Assembly: GCA_964231325.1 (NCBI GenBank)
Contig: CAXRIF010000003.1
Span: 560,630-624,629 of the forward strand
DNA from: Rickettsiales bacterium
GTDB taxonomy: Bacteria; Pseudomonadota; Alphaproteobacteria; Rickettsiales; SXRF01
Direction of reading: 5' to 3'
Length of the DNA stretch: 64,000 nt
Position 1 is the first letter of the stretch; every line of letters starts with the position of its first letter. This document shows, piece after piece, positions 20,590 through 29,761 of this stretch. The notes beneath the pieces are model-generated. The model was not told where the DNA came from and made no database searches. It was given only the letters and a program-made list of their open reading frames with translations. Both the position numbers and the translations under genes were made by a program.

Positions 20590-20840
20590 GCCTTTGATTT
20601 TCTCTGTAATGTTTAGAAATACTTGTTGTTGTTGCAACTGCGAAAAAGTATGAGTTGATAAGATTAATTTATAAAATTCAGTAAATTATTCGCAGGTGAT
20701 AGACCCGGCTTTATACAAGAGAATAGACGGTGCAGTATGATATTGCATTTTATCCACAAGCAGTGCATAATGCGCTCAAGTTTCAGATATAAGAAACAAA
20801 TACAATATTCAATTAAACCACAAAAACGCACGGGGGTTTT

Positions 20841-21038
20841 ATGTCGGCGGGAGATTACATTGTACTCGCCCTTATGTTTGCCACTTTTGGTGTATTAATG
20901 GCAGGCATAGTGCTCATGGGCACAGGTGGTAGTGCTAATTTGAAATATGGTAATAAGCTGATGTCAGCGCGTGTCTCTTTTCAGGGGCTGGTGTTGTTGA
21001 TGCTTGCGCTCATGTTTTTTATTGGCAATCCAGCATAA
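20841..21038 (+). CDS. HIG1-domain twin-transmembrane small protein
   Basis: 65 aa with two TM helices and the motif KYGNKLMSARVSFQG (HIG_1_N-like). Confidence 0.7.
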   Translation: MSAGDYIVLALMFATFGVLMAGIVLMGTGGSANLKYGNKLMSARVSFQGLVLLMLALMFFIGNPA

Positions 21039-21076
21039 TATAGAGCATAAGGGTTCTATATTATACCTAGGGTTAG

Positions 21077-21640
21077 ATGGTTAAACTAAATAAGATTTAC
21101 ACGCGCACAGGTGATGCGGGCGAGAGCGGCCTTGTAGATGGCTCGCGGCGAGCCAAATCTGACATGCTTTTTACTGCTGTGGGTGATGTAGATGAGGCTA
21201 ACTCATTGGTTGGCCTAGCGCGACTGCATACAAGCGGCAATGAATATGATGCGATGCTTGCACGTATTCAGCATGATTTGTTTGATCTCGGTGCCGATCT
21301 GGCAAACCCTTTTACTGAAAAAGACGACGGTTCTCTACGTGTGGTTGATGCGCAAGTGATTCGGCTTGAACAAGAAATAGATGAGCTTAATGAGGCTCTC
21401 ACACCGCTTTCTTCATTTGTGTTGCCTGGAGGCTCTGTACTTTCTACAAATTTGCACATGGCTCGTGCTGTTTCACGACGTGCAGAACGTGCAGTCTGCG
21501 AGTTGGGAGCGCAAGAACCGGTCAACCCTGTTGCCCTCAAATACCTGAACCGTTTATCTGATTTTCTTTTTGTCTTGGCACGCGTTGCGAATGACCATGG
21601 TAAAAAAGATGTGTTGTGGAAACCGGGTGTGAACCGCTAG
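21077..21640 (+). CDS. PduO-type ATP:cob(I)alamin adenosyltransferase
   Basis: 187 aa: KIYTRTGDAGESGL N-terminus, FVLPGG, HMARAVSRRAER. Confidence 0.85.
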   Translation: MVKLNKIYTRTGDAGESGLVDGSRRAKSDMLFTAVGDVDEANSLVGLARLHTSGNEYDAMLARIQHDLFDLGADLANPFTEKDDGSLRVVDAQVIRLEQEIDELNEALTPLSSFVLPGGSVLSTNLHMARAVSRRAERAVCELGAQEPVNPVALKYLNRLSDFLFVLARVANDHGKKDVLWKPGVNR

Positions 21641-21644
21641 CCGG

Positions 21645-22550
21645 CTAAAAGGTCGTTCTAATAAGCACCGCACATAGCAGGTTCATATAGGTGGTGTCGT
21701 TTAGCGTAGTTTCCTGAATATTATAGGCAAATGGGGTAACGGTTTTATCTACACATGTAGGCTGGGTAGGGGTCTCAGCTGGATCCCAGCCGGTTATTGG
21801 CCACCCTGAAGGGCTCCCGGAAAAAACTCTCATTTTGCCTGTGCGCGGCATGCCATCATCAATTTTTGCATCAACAGCATAGGCATCTCTAGGAAGCCAT
21901 ACGCCTGCAGCAGGGCTGGGGTATACAATGCTAGTGCCAAGATACCAGTAGTGTGAGCTTTTATCTTCAAATAGTCCGGTAAAATCATACCGGCCACCTA
22001 TTTCGTCACTATCTTCCCACGCTTTAATAGTAAGTGCGTGCCAGCCGCCTGTTGATACTCCCCAAATCAAAGTGGGTGATGCTCTATGTTCGTTTTTTAT
22101 AATAGGGTTGGGCAGATAGTCTCCCGCATAAAATATATGCGGATCCCCTACAGTGTAGCCAGGATAATCCCCCTTTATTAACCCTGCCTTTGCAAGATGG
22201 TACCAAAAATCTATGGATTCGTTGGGTAAGATCAGCGCTCCCCAGTTTGCACCGCCAAACACCTGATTGTTGCCATCACCATTTCCGCCAGTGCCTCCTG
22301 CTGTGCCCACCCCTAACATCACAGCATTTTTACAATCACCCGGCAGGCAATTATATTTTTCTATGAAAGTGTTAGCGGCTAGGTCGTATTTATTAATCTC
22401 TGCCACTTGCGTGCGCACTTCAGCAGCGCGAATCATGTCGCGTCCGATCAGGATTCCCGCCGTAATTAAGCCAACAACAATCAGGATGATCGCCAGTTCA
22501 ATTAAGGTGAAACCTCTGTATTCTGCGTCTTTTGTATGCAAATAAACCAC
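21645..22550 (-). CDS. type IV pilin-like protein (prepilin N-terminal cleavage/methylation motif), about 300 aa, paralog of 38196-39104
   Basis: Leader ..EYRG|FTLIELAIILIVVGLITAGIL with Glu at +5. C-terminal Cys pair. Shares AANTF..KY..LPGD and D.KIDDG.P..GKM with the second copy. Non-ATG start (GTG 22550 or TTG 22541). Confidence 0.75.
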   Translation of the reverse strand: MVYLHTKDAEYRGFTLIELAIILIVVGLITAGILIGRDMIRAAEVRTQVAEINKYDLAANTFIEKYNCLPGDCKNAVMLGVGTAGGTGGNGDGNNQVFGGANWGALILPNESIDFWYHLAKAGLIKGDYPGYTVGDPHIFYAGDYLPNPIIKNEHRASPTLIWGVSTGGWHALTIKAWEDSDEIGGRYDFTGLFEDKSSHYWYLGTSIVYPSPAAGVWLPRDAYAVDAKIDDGMPRTGKMRVFSGSPSGWPITGWDPAETPTQPTCVDKTVTPFAYNIQETTLNDTTYMNLLCAVLIRTTF

Positions 22551-22633
22551 CTCGCGAGATAATACAGGATTGCATTGTAAGGATTTTTTATTAAGTTACT
22601 CTAAACAAACCAATGAATAAAAGTGACGGGTCT

Positions 22634-23383
22634 ATGAAAATTCTTATTTCAGTTAAAAGGGTTATTGATTACAACGTGCGCGTGCGCGTCAAAAGTGACG
22701 GTTCTGGCGTGGAGACAGCGAACGTGAAGATGTCGATGAACCCGTTCGATGAAATCGCTGTAGAAGAGGCGGTTCGCCTTAAGGAGTCGGGTGTTGCCAC
22801 GGAAGTGGTAGTGGTGACCATGGGGCCAGAAGTAGCGCAGGAGCAGCTACGCTCTGCATTGGCTATGGGGGCTGATCGCGCCATCCTCGTTCCTGTCGAA
22901 GATGAAATCAACTCGCTAACAGCAGCCAAGTTGCTTAAAGGTGTGGTGGAAAAAGAAAACCCGGAGTTGGTGATTGTCGGCAAACAGGCGATTGATGATG
23001 ATGCGAATCAGACTGGACAGATGCTTGCAGCATTACTGGGCTGGGGGCAGGGTACCTTTGCTTCCAAGCTTACGGTGGAGAATGGTTCGGCGACTGTTGA
23101 GCGCGAGGTTGATGGTGGCGCGATGACTGTAAAACTCAAGCTGCCTGCGGTGGTGACTACCGACCTGCGACTTAATGAGCCGCGCTATCCGGCGCTTCCT
23201 AATATTATGAAGGCGCGTAGCAAGCCACTGGATAAAATCACGGTGGAGGAGTTGGGCGTGGCCGTAGCATCAAACATTACGCGCCTGAAAGTCGAGGAGC
23301 CGCCGAAGCGTACAGGCGGCGGCAAGGTGGCTGATGTTGCTGAGCTGGTGAAAAAACTTAAAGAAGAGGCGAAAGTGCTATGA
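22634..23383 (+). CDS. etfB: electron transfer flavoprotein subunit beta
   Basis: [20 protein letters not shown].. is a canonical EtfB N-terminus. The track ORF starts 7 codons earlier, at 22613. Confidence 0.9.
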   Translation: MKILISVKRVIDYNVRVRVKSDGSGVETANVKMSMNPFDEIAVEEAVRLKESGVATEVVVVTMGPEVAQEQLRSALAMGADRAILVPVEDEINSLTAAKLLKGVVEKENPELVIVGKQAIDDDANQTGQMLAALLGWGQGTFASKLTVENGSATVEREVDGGAMTVKLKLPAVVTTDLRLNEPRYPALPNIMKARSKPLDKITVEELGVAVASNITRLKVEEPPKRTGGGKVADVAELVKKLKEEAKVL

Positions 23384-24303
23384 TCTTAGTTGTTGCTGAA
23401 CATAATAATGCCATGTTGAATGCGGCGACCAAGCACGCAGTAACAGCGGCTTCTGAAATTGGTGGTGATATTCACGTGCTAGTGGCGGGTAAGGATTGCT
23501 CGGCGGCTGTAACGCAGGCGGCAGCGCTTGCTGGTGTGGCGAAGGTGTTAGTGTGTGATGATGCAATTTATGAACATCATCTGGCAGAAGATATGGCACC
23601 GCTCATCGCCTCTATTGGTAAAGATTACGGGCATGTTCTAATGACGGCCACCACTACGGGCAAAGATATTATGCCACGTGCAGCGGCGTTGCTGGATGTG
23701 TCTCAGGTGTCTGAGATTGTGAAGGTAGAATCTGCCGATACATTTGTGCGCCCGATTTATGCGGGTAATGCGCTGGAAACAGTACAAACTAAAGAAGCGA
23801 TCAAGGTGATTACCGTTCGTCAGACAGCATTTGCCGCGGCAGTAGATGGTGGTAGTGCCAGCACAGAAAACGTTGCGGCGCAGGCGAAAAACGAAGTGGC
23901 AGAATTTGTGTCGGTTACTGAAAGTGAATCAGAGCGTCCGGAACTGACATCCGCGCGTGTGGTGATTTCTGGTGGTCGCGGAATGGGTTCTGCAGAGAAT
24001 TTCAAAAAGCTGGAGGTGCTAGCTGACAAGCTGGGTGCAGCGATTGGTGCGTCACGCGCCGCAGTGGATGCGGGCTTTGTGCCGAACGATTATCAGGTGG
24101 GTCAAACCGGTAAGGTGGTGGCTCCTGAGCTTTACATCGCCATTGGTATTTCCGGTGCGATTCAGCATCTGGCAGGGATGAAAGACAGCAAGGTGATCGT
24201 GGCCATCAACAAAGATGAGAACGCGCCGATTTTTGAGCTAGCGGATTATGGTCTGATTGCTGACTGGCAAACTGCGCTGCCTGAGCTGGAAGCACTGCTT
24301 TAG
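23380..24303 (+). CDS. etfA: electron transfer flavoprotein subunit alpha
   Basis: 307 aa: [53 protein letters not shown] overlap with etfB. Confidence 0.95.
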   Translation: MILVVAEHNNAMLNAATKHAVTAASEIGGDIHVLVAGKDCSAAVTQAAALAGVAKVLVCDDAIYEHHLAEDMAPLIASIGKDYGHVLMTATTTGKDIMPRAAALLDVSQVSEIVKVESADTFVRPIYAGNALETVQTKEAIKVITVRQTAFAAAVDGGSASTENVAAQAKNEVAEFVSVTESESERPELTSARVVISGGRGMGSAENFKKLEVLADKLGAAIGASRAAVDAGFVPNDYQVGQTGKVVAPELYIAIGISGAIQHLAGMKDSKVIVAINKDENAPIFELADYGLIADWQTALPELEALL

Positions 24304-24308
24304 ACATA

Positions 24309-25904
24309 ATGCCCAACATTTCCTTAGCCCTCGCACAGATCAACGTCACCGTTGGCGACATTGCGGGTAATGTGCAAAAAATCTCTGATGCATATGATAA
24401 CGCGGTCACGCAAGGAGCGGAGCTTGTTGTCTTTCCTGAGTTGTGTGTAATTGGCTATCCGCCAGAAGATCTCGTGTTGATGCCTGCGTTTCGTGCAGCA
24501 GCGATGGAGGCGGTGCATGAGCTTGCTGCGTCTACCAAAGGCAAGGCGGCGATGATTGTAGGCAGCGTGTGGGAAGAGGGCGATAACATTTATAATGCGG
24601 CGTTGTTGCTTGATGATGGTAAGGTGGCGCATATGCAGCCCAAAAAACATTTGCCGAATTACGGCGTGTTTGATGAGAAGCGCCTGTTTGATAGTGGTGA
24701 GCTTAGCGTTGTTGAATGGCGTGGCCATAAACTTGGGCTGCTGATTTGTGAAGATACATGGCGCGAAACACCGGCGAAAACGCTGAAAGCGCAGGGCGCA
24801 GAGATACTGATTTCGATCAATGATTCGCCGTTTGAAATTGGTAAGGCTGACAACCGCCATCAAATGGCAAGCGACGTTGTGAAGAATACCGGGCTGCCTT
24901 TGGTGTATGTGAATCTAGTGGGAGCGCAGGATGACATTGTGTTTGATGGTGGTTCATTTGTAATGTCCGCGCACGGAAACACCGCATTACGGCTTCCCGA
25001 GTTTGCGGAAAACATTTCCATTTATAATGGAGCAGAAAATGCGCAAGCTACGGATGCCGATGAGCATTGGCGCGTGTGGGAAGCGATGAAGCTTGGGCTT
25101 TCTGATTATGTACACAAAAATCATTTTAAAGGCATAGTGCTAGGTTTATCTGGTGGGATTGATTCAGCGATTACCGCGGTGATCGCCGTAGAAGCGTTAG
25201 GAAAAGAGCATGTGCATGGTGTGTTGTTGCCTTCGCCTTACACGTCGAAAGACAGCAATGAAGATGCATTGGCACTTGCTGAAAATTTGGGTATCTCGAC
25301 ACAAACCGTGCCAATTACGCCGGGGATGCAAACCATGGAAGAGGTGCTTAGCCCTGTGTTTCATGATGCGACCTGGATGGAAAATGTTGCGGTGGGTGGT
25401 AATCTGCAAGCGCGGTTGCGTGGGCTTACCTTGATGGCGATTTCCAATCAGTTTGGCTGGATGCTGCTTTCCACTGGCAATAAATCCGAAATCGCGGTGG
25501 GGTATAGCACGTTATATGGCGATGCATGTGGTGGCTATAACGTCATCAAGGATTTGTACAAAACGCAAGTCTATGCACTTGCTAAATGGCGCAATGCGCA
25601 AGGGGTAGTGATTCCAGAACGCATTATCACCAAAGCACCCAGTGCGGAATTGAAACCGGATCAGACCGACCAAGATCAGCTTCCACCGTATGATGTGTTG
25701 GATGCTATTTTAGCGCTGCATATTGAAGGGCGATTAGGCGTAGCAGAAATTATTGCCAAAGGATATGATGAGCAGGTAGTGCAAAAAATAGTGAAGCTAG
25801 TGCGCATCAATGAGTTTAAGCGCCGTCAAATGCCACCGGGGGTAAAGCTCACAGAAATGCAATTTGGTAAAGATCGGCGCTATCCACTTACCAATAAATT
25901 CTAA
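24309..25904 (+). CDS. nadE: glutamine-dependent NAD+ synthetase
   Basis: 531 aa with an N-terminal nitrilase-like CN-hydrolase domain (FPEL, LICED) and a C-terminal synthetase with the SGGIDS PP-loop. Confidence 0.9.
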   Translation: MPNISLALAQINVTVGDIAGNVQKISDAYDNAVTQGAELVVFPELCVIGYPPEDLVLMPAFRAAAMEAVHELAASTKGKAAMIVGSVWEEGDNIYNAALLLDDGKVAHMQPKKHLPNYGVFDEKRLFDSGELSVVEWRGHKLGLLICEDTWRETPAKTLKAQGAEILISINDSPFEIGKADNRHQMASDVVKNTGLPLVYVNLVGAQDDIVFDGGSFVMSAHGNTALRLPEFAENISIYNGAENAQATDADEHWRVWEAMKLGLSDYVHKNHFKGIVLGLSGGIDSAITAVIAVEALGKEHVHGVLLPSPYTSKDSNEDALALAENLGISTQTVPITPGMQTMEEVLSPVFHDATWMENVAVGGNLQARLRGLTLMAISNQFGWMLLSTGNKSEIAVGYSTLYGDACGGYNVIKDLYKTQVYALAKWRNAQGVVIPERIITKAPSAELKPDQTDQDQLPPYDVLDAILALHIEGRLGVAEIIAKGYDEQVVQKIVKLVRINEFKRRQMPPGVKLTEMQFGKDRRYPLTNKF

Positions 25905-26533
25905 GCCGTTTTTTGTTTGAATTCGCACAAGTCATTAATGATACATGTGCCGCATTCTGGTTTGCGTGCTTTGCATGCATAGCGCCCATGCAGAATAAGC
26001 CAGTGATGTGCGTGTAATTTCCATTTGGCGGGGATCACTTTTTCTAGTGCAAATTCGGTAGCGTCTGCTGTTTTGGTTTTGCACAAGCCGGTGCGGTTAG
26101 CAACGCGGTAAACGTGCGTGTCTACCGCAATGGTGGGCATGCCGCGCGCGCAGTTCAGCCAGACATTCGCCGTCTTGCGACCAACGCCAGGAAGGGATTG
26201 TAGTTCCTCGCGTGTTTCGGGCACTTTGCCATCAAATTCTTTGATAAGTTTTTCACTCAAGCCGATGATGTTTTTGGCTTTGGAATTAAACAGCCCAATA
26301 GTTTTGACATAGTTTTTGACCTTTGCTTCACCCAGTGCGAGCATTTTTTCTGGTGTGTCAGCCGCAGCAAAAAGAGCAGGGGTAGCCTTGTTTACACCCA
26401 CATCCGTAGCCTGTGCGGAAAGTACGATAGCGACCAGCAGAGTGAAATCATTGACGAAATCAAGTTCCGTTTTCGGCGCGGGGTCTGCCGCCGACAAGCG
26501 CTCAAACATTTGCTCAATTTTTGCTTTTTTCAT
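25901..26533 (-). CDS. nth: endonuclease III
   Basis: 210 aa: HhH-GPD (LPGVGRKTANVWL) and an Fe-S cluster C-terminus (C..ARKPECGTCIINDLC). Confidence 0.9.
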   Translation of the reverse strand: MKKAKIEQMFERLSAADPAPKTELDFVNDFTLLVAIVLSAQATDVGVNKATPALFAAADTPEKMLALGEAKVKNYVKTIGLFNSKAKNIIGLSEKLIKEFDGKVPETREELQSLPGVGRKTANVWLNCARGMPTIAVDTHVYRVANRTGLCKTKTADATEFALEKVIPAKWKLHAHHWLILHGRYACKARKPECGTCIINDLCEFKQKTA

Positions 26534-26576
26534 GATAACAGGCTAAAATCATTTCCGTATTATAAGGAGATAGCCA

Positions 26577-27383
26577 ATGCGAGCCTGTATCACAACCTTT
26601 TTTGCGGTGTTTAGTCTGTTGATGCTGCCACTTCCGGCACACGCTTCCTCTGTTTTTATGGAGGATATGACATGGATGGAGATTCGCGATCGGCTGGCAG
26701 CGGGGGCGACTATTGCCATTGTGCCGACAGGTGGTACGGAGCAAAACGGCCCGCAAATGATTACCGGAAAACACAATTACATTGTACGCTATACGGCAGG
26801 TGAAATTGCCAAACGTTTGAAGAATGCGATGGTAGCACCCGTAGTGGCGTATGTGCCAGAAGGGCGCATCACCCCGCCAGAAGGGCATATGCAATTTGCA
26901 GGCACGTTTTCCGTTGCGCCGGAAGTATTTGCGCTGGTGTTGGAAGATATTGCGGCGAGTTTAAAACAGCACGGGTTCCGCACGATTTGTTTTGTGGGAG
27001 AACATGGAGGGAATCAGGAAATACAGCGCCAAGTGGCGGGCAAACTCAACGCCAAATGGTCTGGAAGCGGGGTGCGTGTGGTGCATGTAGCGGATTATTA
27101 CAATGATAATAACGGGCAGAAACAGTGGGCGCAGTCGATTGGGGTGAAGGTGATGAACCCGGAAGCACACGCTGGTTTTTTTGACACGTCAGAGTTGCTC
27201 GCAGTGCGCCCTTCTGGTGTAGATAGCAGCAAGTTTGGTGTGCGCACCGAGCGCCATTTTCAAAGCACTGGCTCGATGGGAGACTCCACCAGAGCATCCG
27301 CGCAATATGGGCATCGCTTGCTTAGTTTAAAAGTGGAAGCAGCGGTAGCACAAATTCAAAAGGCCTCTTCAGGGGAGAGATAG
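26577..27383 (+). CDS. creatininase-family amidohydrolase with signal peptide
   Basis: 268 aa with signal peptide MRACITTFFAVFSLLMLPLPAHASS, then IAIVPTGGTEQNGP and GEHGGN, as in the creatininase/FAPy deformylase family. Confidence 0.7.
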   Translation: MRACITTFFAVFSLLMLPLPAHASSVFMEDMTWMEIRDRLAAGATIAIVPTGGTEQNGPQMITGKHNYIVRYTAGEIAKRLKNAMVAPVVAYVPEGRITPPEGHMQFAGTFSVAPEVFALVLEDIAASLKQHGFRTICFVGEHGGNQEIQRQVAGKLNAKWSGSGVRVVHVADYYNDNNGQKQWAQSIGVKVMNPEAHAGFFDTSELLAVRPSGVDSSKFGVRTERHFQSTGSMGDSTRASAQYGHRLLSLKVEAAVAQIQKASSGER

Positions 27384-27389
27384 AAAGCA

Positions 27390-28004
27390 TTGAAAACGCT
27401 CCCCAAACGTCGGCTATTTCGTACACAGCCTTATCGTAAACCGCATCAGGATTTTATTGCGGCCTGGCTTCGTTCGCCACTTAAGGTGGGGGCGATTATT
27501 CCGAGTTCACGTACATTGGCTAAGGTGCTCGCTGCGCAGGTTGATATTGACGAGCCCGGCTTGGTTATTGATCTTGGTGCAGGCACGGGCGTGATGACAC
27601 AAGCGCTACTGGAAGCGGGGGTGGACCCGGTGCAGATGGTAATGGTTGAACGTGAGCAACGATTGCATCTTGTGCTGCAATCGCAGTTCCCAGGCGTGCA
27701 TGCCATTTGCGATGACGCAACGAATTTGCATCGCATTATTGAGCAAATGGGGCACCCAAAGGTGAAGGCGATTATTTCCAGTTTGCCTATGCTTAGCTTG
27801 CCGCGAGCAACAAAGAATGAGATTCAAAAACAGATGATCGAACTGGTAGGTGAAGACGGGGTGATTGTACAGTTCACTTACGGGCGTAAGTCGCCGCTTT
27901 CACCTAGAGTATTACATGCGTATGGCGTGGTGGGCAGACGGGTGAAGTCTGTACTTACGAATGTCCCGCCTGCGCATGTTTGGGTGTATAAAAAAACTAA
28001 CTAA
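27390..28004 (+). CDS. class I SAM-dependent methyltransferase (COG3963 phospholipid N-methyltransferase-like)
   Basis: 204 aa: GAIIPSSRTLAK, SAM motif I VIDLGAGTGVMT. TTG start in the track; the exact start is uncertain. Confidence 0.65.
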   Translation: MKTLPKRRLFRTQPYRKPHQDFIAAWLRSPLKVGAIIPSSRTLAKVLAAQVDIDEPGLVIDLGAGTGVMTQALLEAGVDPVQMVMVEREQRLHLVLQSQFPGVHAICDDATNLHRIIEQMGHPKVKAIISSLPMLSLPRATKNEIQKQMIELVGEDGVIVQFTYGRKSPLSPRVLHAYGVVGRRVKSVLTNVPPAHVWVYKKTN

Positions 28005-28474
28005 CCACCAATTTTTGGCTCGTTATTGCCCGCTCTGGCAGCATCTACGCTCTCTGTGTGGCTACCAGCTGCTCCACCAACTCTGGAAGAGAAGTCAGGT
28101 AGTTTTGAGCGATCCGCACCTGCAAGTGTATCCACAATACGTGGTGCTGTATTGTCTAGCGTTTCTACAATGCTCGGTGCAGCCAAGTTTGCTCCGAGTC
28201 CGCCTGTAGTAGCTACTACTGTTGCAGCAGCTGCATTTCTCCCTTTGCCACCAATAGCAGAGATCGCGCGATCTACTAGTCCACGGCGTTCAGGTGTATC
28301 ACTAGCTTGTACAGCATCGATTTCTGAGGCTGGTTTTTCAGCATTATCCGTATTTGTATGGGTGATATCAGTGGTTGTGTTAGTTATATCTAAAATCAGT
28401 TGGGTATCAGCAGGGTTTGTCTGTGATGGTTCAACATGAGTATGCGGTGGAGGAGGAGGGTGACCAAATGGCAT
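28001..28474 (-). CDS. hypothetical low-complexity protein (poly-Pro N-terminus, Thr/Asn-rich, Ala/Gly-rich)
   Basis: 157-aa ORF: MPFGHPPPPPHTHVEP... Preferred over the antisense 28026-28439 ORF because it abuts an AT-rich promoter-like gap. Weak RBS. Confidence 0.4.
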   Translation of the reverse strand: MPFGHPPPPPHTHVEPSQTNPADTQLILDITNTTTDITHTNTDNAEKPASEIDAVQASDTPERRGLVDRAISAIGGKGRNAAAATVVATTGGLGANLAAPSIVETLDNTAPRIVDTLAGADRSKLPDFSSRVGGAAGSHTESVDAARAGNNEPKIGG

Positions 28475-28681
28475 AATATGTACCTTTGCTTTGAGTTTCT
28501 AAATAATAGTTAGACGACTGATTATACATGAAAATTGATGTTTTTTTTTGAAACTTTTGTGACAGTTGAGAATCTTATTTTGGGATATATAGCCTAAATT
28601 GACATAATATCTATTTTTAGACGATTAAGGGGTGTCTAGCCCACTAACCACTCTTTAAACATTTTCTGCCATACTGCCCGT

Positions 28682-29761
28682 ATGTCTGAACAAGTCCAAC
28701 CTATTGAAATAAAATATATTAAAGAAGGCACTCTCCATGGTGGTGCATGGAAGGTGGCGTATGCCGATTTCGTGACAGCGATGATGGCATTTTTTCTGCT
28801 TTTATGGCTGCTTAACACCACTACCCCGGCACAGAAGATGGGGTTGGCTGAATTCTTTACGCCGACGGTGGGCATTAAGGACTCAATGGGTATTGGTTTT
28901 AAGGGGGGGTTAAAGCCATCAGAAAGAGGTCGCTCGAAAAATGACCTTACTGCCGTTGGTTTGGTGGTTGGGCAGGTAAAACAAGGGCCAGATGCTGGTC
29001 CTCCTACTGACGTAACTGGTGAATCTGACCCGGACGTAGATGATGCATCAACCGCAGTGAAGGCAGAAGAAGATGAGTTGGAGGATGCAGAGCAGTTCAG
29101 CTCTACTCAAGAAGAAGTGAAGCAGGCATTGGAAGAAGATGAAGACTTGAAGGATTATAAAAACAACGTGGTGATGCAGGATACGCCGGAAGGGTTGAAA
29201 ATTGATATCATTGACGATCCTAAAAAACCGATGTTTGTGCCTGGTGGAGCGGTGCTAACAGATACGGGGAAGAAGGTCTTGGATTCGATGGCGGCGATGA
29301 TTATCAAAACGCCAAACAATATTACTATTAACGGACATACGGATTCGGCTGGTGCCACGCAAAATCCACAATACACTATCTGGGAACTTTCGGCTGATCG
29401 TGCGCTTTCTGCTCGCCGGTTTTTAAATACGACACAGTTAGAAACAGAGCGTGTCACCAAGATTGTTGGGTTTGCGGATAAGGCGTTGCTGGTTCCACAG
29501 GAGCCCAATAACCCACGCAATCGTCGTATTACTATTTTGTTACAACGTGGCTCTTATTTCCGTGATCCGAAGACGTTGCCTACGACGCGTACACTTCTTT
29601 CTGTTCCTAAAACAAAGTTGAAAAAAGATGAACCAAAAGTAGAGGAGGAGGCGCCTAAGGTGGAAGAACCTATCGTGCCTATGCAGGATTCCATTTTTAA
29701 CCCGGTGAATGTAGTGCCAGAGAAGCAGGCGGAGCCGAGCGCAGAAGAGTCAAAAGAATGA
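28682..29761 (+). CDS. motB: MotB-like stator protein (OmpA-like C-terminal domain) with acidic linker and Lys/Glu/Pro-rich tail
   Basis: WKVAYADFVTAMMAFFLLLWLL (conserved Asp plus TM). OmpA-like NGHTDSAG..ELSADRALSARRFL..NRRITILL. No motA adjacent. Confidence 0.8.
   Translation: MSEQVQPIEIKYIKEGTLHGGAWKVAYADFVTAMMAFFLLLWLLNTTTPAQKMGLAEFFTPTVGIKDSMGIGFKGGLKPSERGRSKNDLTAVGLVVGQVKQGPDAGPPTDVTGESDPDVDDASTAVKAEEDELEDAEQFSSTQEEVKQALEEDEDLKDYKNNVVMQDTPEGLKIDIIDDPKKPMFVPGGAVLTDTGKKVLDSMAAMIIKTPNNITINGHTDSAGATQNPQYTIWELSADRALSARRFLNTTQLETERVTKIVGFADKALLVPQEPNNPRNRRITILLQRGSYFRDPKTLPTTRTLLSVPKTKLKKDEPKVEEEAPKVEEPIVPMQDSIFNPVNVVPEKQAEPSAEESKE

Noticed and set aside
24324-24863. 179-aa minus-strand ORF inside nadE
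   Set aside because: It is antisense to nadE, which has clear CN-hydrolase and SGGIDS motifs. It is Arg/His/Phe-rich junk sequence.
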